Below are positions 51,701 to 61,486 of a stretch of DNA of 64,000 bases, piece after piece. The DNA is from Trichoplax adhaerens. Its lineage: Eukaryota > Animalia > Placozoa. The DNA is taken from assembly GCF_000150275.1 (NCBI RefSeq), contig NW_002060945.1, positions 507,872 to 571,871 on the forward strand, in the 5' to 3' direction. Position 1 is the stretch's first letter. Every line of letters begins with the position of its first letter. A program made the position numbers and the translations under genes. Under the pieces are notes generated by a model. The model ran no database searches and had not been told where the DNA came from. It was given only the letters and a program-made list of their open reading frames with translations.

Positions 51701-54700
51701 TTAATTATTTTTTTATATCAACATTGAACCTATAGAGCTGTCGTCTATTAAAGATACCACCAATTTTGACAATATCATTACTACGATTTTACTACGATAG
51801 TCGCATTGGTAATTATAAGAAGGTAACATGATTATTTTTTAACGTTTATTCGCTTTAAGCCGAATTGACTAGAGGTTCAACATATTGCATATACCTGTAT
51901 AGCTGTATAATACATACTAAAACTGTAGTACAGTATTATGCTATCTAAGCCGTTATCATATCCTATCCATATTTGTACTCTTAGGATACGAAAAGATTTT
52001 CATTTCCGCGAAAACTTAACATGAGCTCATTTTGTAAGGTAATTTTACTGTAGTAAAATGTGCGGAAATCAATTGTGGACCTATATAGGCAGATGTATTA
52101 TTTTACTAATCCCTACTTCGTGCATTACATTTATTCATTGAACCTGAATACAAGTAATTACATAAAACGTTTATACCTAGAGGACCTTAGGTTTAGTATG
52201 TCATATCATCTATATTGATAAATTATCAAGCTGACAATCATATTGTCACAAAGAAATGTTAACGCACAACTGTTAAAATTCATCTTTACTCAATATCAAA
52301 TGTAGACTACGGATAAAGATAGCATTTACGAATTGTACTCGGTTATAATCCATCGGTAAGGATCTCGTAATGTATAATTTACAGCAAAAATTGATATAGG
52401 ATTAAGATAACTTTTTACGATGTGTTAGGGGGAAACTTACAGGTGGACATTATCATTGTTTTACTGAAGATATCTGTAACATGGGGAAATGGAATATTTC
52501 GGTAGGTTTGCAGTTTGCTCAATTATTTATTGAATGCTTTCCGTACGAAGCTTTTAGTAACTAATGATTCTCTACTAATTTAGGAGGAAGATTCTACTAG
52601 TGTTACAGAAAGTAAAGATAGTAATCCTACCTCTAACATAGACTTTATGGATTTGTATGATCCTTTACAAATATTAATCGCAATAGTTGATTGCATGGGT
52701 CGTGTTAATGTACCTATCGATATCATAGGACAGGTATGAAAGGCTTTAGATTTACTACTGATAAACATTCTTTTCTACAATTAGGAATCATGGTAGAAAT
52801 AGTCCTTTGTTTTATGTATATAAACTTATGTTAGTTATATCAATACAACTGAAAGGTTAATAATTTTATTAATATACTAAAAATTAAACTTTAACAATTC
52901 TTTAGAAATTAACAAAGGAAACTGGATCTTCCTGGAATAACCGTTTTCGTAGAAAATATGGACCGATCAAAAAGGTACAGTAATTTAATCTGGTTCTTTA
53001 AATCTATACCAATGATTTTAAGCCTACTTCTATTCAAATTCGAGATCTAAGCATATTGTAGGCTTGAATGTATTATTAATAAGGTAGGTATTAAGATCTC
53101 GTCTTAAATTACTATAATAGCGTCATTTAACGATGTAAAATTAGTCTAACGTTGAAGTTGATACCAGGCGTATAGTGTATACCGAATCCTTACATTGACT
53201 GTGACATATATATACGTTGTACGAGTTTAAGATTGAAGCAGTCATTAAGGTAGAAAAATCTAGATAATGCTATATACGATACCACATAGTGTCTAGATCA
53301 TGTTAAAATGTAGATGATTCCAATATGTTTATTTCGTTATCAAATCTACGGTAGGTATATACCAAATATCCTATAAGCATTGTCATAACAGTATTCTTTG
53401 CTATGAATCCTATGATATATTCAATGCTATAGTGTAGCATTTTTTGCTGTAGTATTCAGTTTAACTTGTAAAATAAAAAAATTGGCTAGTATTATTTTTC
53501 TTGTGCAATGCTTACTTATCGACTATTTACAGACACTACTACTATTCGATACAGTTCTTAGGTAACCATTCAGACGTATTTTCCTTAAATGACGATTTAG
53601 TCTCTTTGATTAGCGCAGTCGATAAAAAGCAAGTAAAAGACAATTCTTCTAAAGGTACGACAAAATAAAAATAGATAATCAGATACTATAACTTCCTCAT
53701 ACAAAAGGTCCCTTATAAGTTATTCTACGCTTTTACAAATAGAAAACAGATGTGACCAGCACAATACCGAAGAGACTTCAGAGATCGTTGACAATCAACA
53801 TTTAAGGTTTACCACTTCATTAAAGTCTACGCTTGATACCATGATTGAATAATGGATGATACGATCAACTAATTAGTGCTTTATTTTTACGCAGTGATGA
53901 ACGACACTGGTTTGATTTCAATGACCTATCAGTTACTCCTATTTCGTATGATATGGTTGAGAAGAAATATTCGGGTAGTGAATCAGCATACATGTTATTC
54001 TATCGGCTGCGATCTGACGACAAGTCGACATGCAAAAACGATGTAATTGATGAGATTCCGAAGTATCTAATTGACGACATCAACGCAGAAAATGCCGAGT
54101 TGCTAGAAGATCGTGATGCCTTGTTGTATAAGCTCTATGTAAAAGTATATAATTGTAGAGACTTTAGCTACAATGATGGATTGTTAACACCTCTTGGGAG
54201 AGATGCAGATCTAGAAGAGCTGGCCGTCTTACTGCAGATAGACAAAAGGACGGGCGTTGTAGGGATTAAAAGTGATATATTAAACTCGTTTCAATGTGAC
54301 ACTGAGATTGGTGATCATAATGTTACAAATTCATATTTATATATGGCTCGGCGTTTTGAAGGGTGCTTACACTTGTGCCGACTACTGGATAATAGTTATG
54401 ATATGGAAAATTTTGATATTAGTGGCGACGATGTTTTATTCTATTCTGAAACTAAATTAAATGGATCGATTCATATTACTGAAAAACATCAGCCAATAGT
54501 ATTAAAATTTACAACAATGTCCGATATAGCTTCACTGAATGAAAAATTCGATGTTAGAGCTTACAGCAATATGAAATTGTCAACATTGTATGAAATTATA
54601 ATTGAACATATTGGTTTTACAAAAGATGATTTATGTATATTAAGAAATGGAAGTACAAGTTTACAAGCTGAATTCCTTTGCTTGCTTCAAGATTTAAGAA

Positions 54701-56497
54701 ATAGTGACAAGTTTGTGGAAGATAAAAATCTTGCCCATGTAGAGGAACTATATATAACGGATCTACTAACGATACCGGAAAGTAAGCAATTACACAATCA
54801 GCTTCACTGCATCGTCAAGAATATTATAAGAAAGAATAACCAAGATCATAATACAGATGATATTATAGTTCTACAGACAAGTCCTGATAGAATGGTATCA
54901 GAAATAAAGACTATAGTGATATCACGATTTGGATATGACGATTATCTTAACTATCGGTTAAAGACTTTTGATGGAACGATTTTACGAGAATATTTGAATA
55001 TCAGAAAATGTGGATTGGAAGGCAACCAGGTATTGTTGTTATTAGAGAAAGGGGAAGCGATTACAAAGATGTCAAATATTCTACTTACATATGATACCCC
55101 TTCTAGTGCTACTGGAGGTAGCAATTGTGAGATTATAGTCGACTCTCATACCAGCGCTAAAAACTGTATGTCTAAAATGATAAAGTCAGCGAATTTAAAA
55201 GAAGGTAGCTATCATCTTATGAAATCAAATTTATGGTTGGATAGTTTCGCTGTTATTCATGATTTGGAAAAGAGTTTACATCAGCTTAATATCGAACATG
55301 GCGATCACTTAATTGTACAAGAGGGTCTACTACTTCCTGAAGGCTATATTAAGATTAATGTCAAAATTTTTATACCTTCGGAGGATAAATTCCATAATCA
55401 TTACAATTGTGACGTGCTATTAACTCAGTGTCTCATGAATAATATGCAAGCGGAATATTTAAAATCGAATTATATCATTTTTGATAATTGTATAGAGATT
55501 GCATTAGATTCCACTCTTCAGGAATTAAAAATACAGTTACTGACTATGCCTGAAGCGTACAGACTACAGCTATCTTCTATTAATCATCTTAGAGTTTACC
55601 ATCAGCGCGGCAATAAATGCAATCTTCTTAAAAGTGATACAAACCTGATTAAGAATTTAAACATTGAGCATCGATCAACTATTTGCATGCAGGCGTTGAC
55701 CTTAGAAGAAATGCTGTCAGTAGACACAACTCTCTTATTTATTCGTCATCGGATTTCTGAATGTAGAGAGTATGGTCCAGCTATTGAAATATTATGCAAC
55801 TCTAATGACTTGCAGAACCCTCAGTCATTAAAAAAGAGGATACGATATGTCTTAGGAATAGATCCTTCACAACAGTTGACTATTGCTAAACATGATCAGC
55901 AACAATTCCAATGGATAGTCATTACTGAGGTTAGCAATTGATGGAGTTGTAACCCTTAAATAAAAATACCCTTTATAATTTAAATTTGTGAAAGCAAATT
56001 GTTAGCATAGATTATGTTAAATATATGCTTTAAATATTTTTAGTATATAAATAATGGTAGCAATCAAGGTAACAAAGTACGCAAAAATAAGAAGGGTAAA
56101 AAGCATCGTCAGAAGTCCCTGTTAGATGGCCCGTATTTTATATGTGATGGTGATGTCATAGGATTGAAGGTTGGTATTGTAAATGTTTGATTGTATTATA
56201 GTTACAAATGGCAATTTTACTGACAGAGATGGATTGATATTTTTATTGTTTTAAATTAGATGAATGGAGATGATGATAATGATGATTTTAAAACCGCTGA
56301 AGACGATAATGGCAGAGCGAAATTAGAGATGATAGAGAGGTAAATTACATTTCAACTAGAGTATAAATGTAATTTCTATATCAGTCATTCGCTATATTTC
56401 TTGATTGTTTTTGTGTTAATAATTTACTATTAGGCAGAAGAATCAAACTAAAGCTGCTAGTACTGCTGGTATCAAGATACATGTTGACATTCAATAG
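48733..56497 (+). CDS. USP40: Ubiquitin-specific protease 40; 10-nt first coding exon (48733-48742) and one 2035-nt internal exon (53895-55929)
   Basis: MFG|DLFYEVDE...[28 protein letters not shown] (Cys box; MFGDLF start as in USP40); [16 protein letters not shown]; [19 protein letters not shown] (His box); [17 protein letters not shown]; C-term GIKIHVDIQ*. Confidence 0.92.
48955..49302. repeat. Two diverged tandem copies (~174 bp) in USP40 intron 1
   Basis: Anchors cagtgtagagactg at 48993 and 49167; shared blocks ttcgttcat, agagtgcag.ggtac, tcgaagtga.tatcaaca..attcagttacac. Confidence 0.8.
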
Positions 56498-57059
56498 ACT
56501 GTAATATTTCCCTTATGCTTTCTAATGTATATTCAAGTACACGAACACAATGAGTACAATGGTTGCATTCCAAATGGCACCTACTTGCACATTATTTGAT
56601 AAAAAAATGATCAACATTCTTGTAATAGCAAATTTATTGTATTTGCACAACAGAAGCTTTAGTAATGAATTTGGTTGATTTATCAATAGCATTATAGTAA
56701 TCGTTTTACAACGGTAAGAGGATAATGTTTAATAATTGAAATTTGGGGTTTTATATATCTCCTGAAAGACGGATAGACGATATCCAATAACGTGTTATAC
56801 AAAATTTTGCAAGGTGATAATATTTTCGGTATTGAAAAATAAATTGTATTATATAACTTTATCGGCTCTATACCACTCGAATAGCTTTCAAAATAGAGCA
56901 ACATATTTTTGTGTGCTGTACTACCATGGTACTGCTAATATCACACAGTACTAATGGTAATATTGATTTACTGCAGTGGATTTGAAAGAATATAGAAATG
57001 TACAGCAGGATGCATCGCCTGCAATTCTACTGATATCGCGTGATTCATTGAGAACAAAA

Positions 57060-58640
57060 CTATTCCGTTGTGAAAGACTTGACATTATCTGATTGCCGGC
57101 TGTCCATTTTCGTTCTTTCTGTATATTCTGTATTACTTACATTAACATTACGCCGTCGATTATTCGTTCCTCGACGCGGGTGATTACCTCCTCTTCCACG
57201 TCTACCACCTCGACTGGGATGATCACGTCGTACCTCCATAATATTGGACGGACCTTGATATCTAGATAAATATAGGCAATAGTCCTAATTTAATCATGGT
57301 GTCCATCTATTATATCAATAATTGCGCAGAATGATATTGTTAACCCTGATAATTTAACATCCATAGCATTCTTGCTTAAGGTGATAGTCATAGCAGGAAT
57401 ATGACGTTTAACTTTAAGACTGTAAACAGGAAAATAGAAATAGCATTACAAGATGCATTTGCATAAATTTGTTGTAGTTGAGAATGCGAGTCTTAACATC
57501 AGCTACAGTCTCTTGCATGATATTAAACTATCATTTCTAAATAGTAAGTGCTGCTGTAGTTACTTTTCTAGTCCTTCTTTTTGTGGTTCCCATATATCTT
57601 CAGACCTAGGAAGAACATTGAAAATTAGTTAAAGCAGCAAACATTCATTATTTCGTATGTTTCTGAAGCACTAATGCATTACAACACTCTTGTGCAGGGT
57701 ATGCAAAAGGTCTGAGGTCTAGTTATGTGCTGTACTATAGCTTGCACATCGGAAGCCAGTGGTATCTAAGATTTTAAACAACATACGTAGTGCTGTTCAT
57801 ATAGCTTCCTTTAATGACAACTATAATAGCAGATAATGTCATTTTAAATAGATAAATTTCTGAATATTTCATATTTTTAACTGTTCATGAATAGTGATGA
57901 TATGTATACGATTTCAAATATAATTGCAATACTTTGCACTTCCAAAGATAGTGTAAGAATATTGATTCACTACGATATCCAGTATTATGTTGACTTTTGT
58001 GGTAGTCAATTTATTCTTGAATCGTTTCAATATTGTCTTACTCCATAACAAACAAAGCGATATGACCGCAACAGCAATGGTAAGCGTTCATTTATGGCCG
58101 GCTTGAGCTATAACGCTAATTACAATATGGCTTGCATTCGGCCAGGTTTATTATAATAAAATGATTATTTTCAGCCTCTACTATCTTGGATTATTAATGT
58201 AACTTACAGCTGATAGTATATTTCATTCCTTTGATAGAGTCCCTAGCCAAGTAAAATTGGAACGAGAGTAATTTCAATTTAGACAAATGGCTGTGTATCG
58301 AGTGTAATACTTATTTATTAATTGAATCTCCAACCTGAATTACATCGACGATAGTAGCTAGAGCAAATTTTAAGATGGTTGATGTAGAGTATACTAGCGT
58401 TGCAGTTACCTGGCGTTTTCTCTTGAGTATTTCCGCACAAGAAATTGTCTTGGTAATATTTTTACCACTTGCTTGCAATTTAATGGTATCATTTGCTTGG
58501 TCTTGTAAGCTGGTTAAACATCGTTCAACAACGCTACGAATTTTACTTCCATTACTTACGACGATATCAGTAGGGCTAGTCGCTTGCAATTCAACATTTC
58601 CTTCCTTAATTTTTCGATAGGAGTCCACTAAATCAATCAT
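57060..58640 (-). CDS. RPP25L: RNase P/MRP subunit p25-like (Alba domain) with RGG-rich tail; start and last-exon end are uncertain
   Basis: DSYRK..VSNGSKIRSVV..ASGKNITKTISCAEILKRK|GLYQ..|EDIWEPQKEGLE|LKVKRHIPAMTITLSKNAMD..G|YQGP then RGGRRGRGG. Matches the Rpp25 family (GSKIRN, SCAEIxKR, RHVP, GYQ.P). Confidence 0.88.
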
Positions 58641-58974
58641 ATCGAGGAGATAATTGAGCTCAAAAACACCGAGGTTAATCTTATGCAATACGCCTATCCA
58701 ACATATTATTCCTACTATACTACGGTACTGTACTGTTATGGTTGATCTCTTCAATCCATACACTAAGCATATGCTGTTGATCTAACATGTATGTATGATT
58801 CACTTTCTCGTGCAATCCTTACTATCCAATATCGAGCGACTCCTGAATTTATCCTAGCTCTAATTTGAAGCCAAGCACAATCTTTATAGGAGCATCTCCG
58901 ATGCACTGTTTGCAGTTGCAGACATGGCAGCTGATTTTGATTCTTGTGCTGTTCTAGTCGCAGCTGCAAACTTG

Positions 58975-59394
58975 ACAGTACAGTACTACTACAGTACAGT
59001 ACAGTAGTTTGTACTCTACATGAGTGTACCGTACTGTGCTGTCCTGTACAGTACAGTACAGTACAGTACGTACAGTACACATCACGAGTAGAAAATTTTT
59101 CAAACCCCCTTTCATGTTCTGCATAGTACTGTAGAGTACAGTACAGTACTTAACTTCTTCAAGAAAGAAGAGAAGAGAGGGACTGGAAAGGAGATAACGC
59201 AGCAAAAAATGTGGAGGCTGGGTTCGGTTAGATCGAGCTTTTGTAACAGTATAACAAAACATTATGTTACGAGTAAAAGCTAGGCATGGACGACTAAATA
59301 TTCCCCATTATTAGTTACTGTACAGTGTACAGTACTGTACAGTACAACAGTGTACAGTACAGTACTGTAAGCTGCAGTACAGTACAGTACTGTA
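58975..59394. repeat. CAGTA/TACTG pentamer tracts in the RPP25/BRCA1 divergent promoter
   Basis: Blocks ~58975-59150 and ~59317-59394 (ctgtacagtacagtacagtacagtacgtacagtac; tactgtacagtgtacagtactgtacagtac). Confidence 0.85.
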
Positions 59395-59516
59395 GATGAA
59401 CTTGACTGGATTCTCTTCAGACGGACAGATTCTTGACCGAGGAATTTGGAAAGAAGGCCGAAAACAGTACAATGTGAAATCTTGTCCATCTCGCCATCTG
59501 TCTATGCGTAATCGAT

Positions 59517-59533
59517 TTCAAAAGTTTCCCGCC
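59517..59533. promoter_or_regulatory. E2F site with an adjacent CHR-like element upstream of BRCA1
   Basis: TTCAAA (TTTGAA on the minus strand) at 59517-59522 next to TTTCCCGCC at 59525-59533. Confidence 0.45.
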
Positions 59534-60462
59534 ATCATCGCAGTCACCGTGCCAAGTCTATCAACACAATAACATTCTTTACTGTACTATACAAATGACA
59601 GTACTGTACGGGACAGCGGACTCCACTTCAAGTCTTGCATGTCTGCACATGTTCCGTACCGCATTGATTACGGATAGTAGACTGTCACTCATGACCGTCG
59701 ACAGTAATAGAGATTGACTGGTTTTTCCTGCACGTCGACTGACGTGCAAAAGTTGCGACTTGCATGCCATCAACAACAACTAAATTCGTGTCATCCACAT
59801 CATTGAATTCAAGTGCTCGAAGGGTGAGACGACGGTGGGGTACGTGTCAATACGCTTCATATTTCTACTCTCGCCATTGTTTGCAAAGTGAGTTGTCGCG
59901 CTTGTCTTCTAGACCTTTCTTTGCCTTACTACAGCCTTAAGCTAATTTCTGGTCCATCTTGAACCCCAATTTCCTCAATGAAATTGACAAGAATCAATAA
60001 TCTTTTCTAGTTTAAGGAATTCCAACGTCAAGATAAATTGCTCGCAGGTCCTGTACCATCAAGAAACAACCATAACTGAATTGAGAGCCGCTTGATTGGA
60101 TTGTTCTTCTATTAATTCATCACTCGATAAGGTGAGTTAGTGCGATTTTTTGAGGGCCTATCAGTGGCTGCATCTAGTCAGTGTGCATCATTTCCCTTTT
60201 AACTTCGCTTTTTGTTAATATGGTACTATTGATTAATCAAATCAGCTGCCCTAGCCAAAACCTTTGGCCAACCCCTCTCAAACTATGCTAGTCGTATTAT
60301 TGATTGGCTGAAAAAGGATGAACTAAATCGTAAGTATTCTGTTGGTAGCCATTCTGCAACTGAGAATCCATTTTCTAGTATGGCGCAATTTCAATACAAA
60401 GTTGACGCACTTTGCATTCTACTCAATCATTATTAGTTCTCGCGAACAGATTGAATATTGTA

Positions 60463-61060
60463 GCATACTGCCGTAAGCGAGGGCTATAGTAAGCCCTAGC
60501 ATGGATTAACAGAAGAAATTAGTTCATTTTTGATGGGTAACTCATGACTACATGAGAAATTGAATACAGTTTAAAGGCTGGATTCAAATTGAAATGGACT
60601 GACTGGAAATAAAGCTATACAGCTTATATCCAAAAGTATTAGCCATTGCTTTAAGACTACGGTAATCGAGGGCTGTATCATGCGATTCAAGTCGCAGTGT
60701 ACTGTACTCAACCTGAACTGTACAGTATGAATCAATAAAAGGAATCGGTTCATCTTCCATGGATGAATCATTCGATGAAATTGGATGCGGTTTAAAGGCT
60801 TAAATTGAAATACATTGACTAGAATTCGAGAAATGAAGTGATACAGCTTATGTCAAAAAGTATTAGCGATTGCTTTGATACTGTCGTAAGCGAGGGCTGC
60901 AGCAAGTCACAGCGTGACTACCATGGATCATTAGAATGAATCGATTCATCTTCTATTTCATTATTAGATGAAATTGCATGCAGTTAAAAGACTTAAAATT
61001 GAAATGAGTTTACTAGAAATGAAGTTATACAGCTTATGTCAAACAGTATTAGCCATTGCT
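60463..61060. repeat. Three diverged tandem copies (~190-225 bp) upstream of the BRCA1 ATG (probably a 5'UTR intron)
   Basis: Anchor cgagggct at 60478, 60667 and 60891; shared blocks gaaattg.at.c.gtt.aaag.ct, atacagcttat.tc.aa.agtattagc.attgct. Confidence 0.85.
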
Positions 61061-61486
61061 CTGACTCTGTGTCTCTTGCTGTGAATGACTTACTAATCTC
61101 TTCGGTAGTTTTAAAATATTAGTGATTTACTCCCTTTATTATTACCGTATAAGTTACTATTGGGGACAAAAATTTTAACCAATGCACTATTCACTCTTAA
61201 TTATAAAGGTTGAGTTGTTATGTAGTTTTTGCTTCAACAGTCGCAATTATTGCAGTTTGCTCGAATAGAAATTTACTCGTAGACAGTGGCAATACTCTAT
61301 CTACTCCTTGTACTGTACAGTACAACTCGAGTGGAACTCAGTAATCTATTGACCTGACAGTATGCTAGATTACTTGATTATGTGGGTACTCTTTTATAAC
61401 TATAATAATTTACTCTTGTTGCAGATTGACTTAGCGTAGATTATTATCAGCAGCTGGTATCGATTAGCAAGTTATACTAAAGAATC

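Noticed and set aside
2868-59489. Short ORFs rich in STVQY/TVLYC (e.g. 2868-3068, 3103-3333, 16321-16691, 23932-24234, 58763-59489)
   Set aside because: They are translations of the CAGTA/TACTG pentamer tracts, occur on both strands and resemble no protein family.
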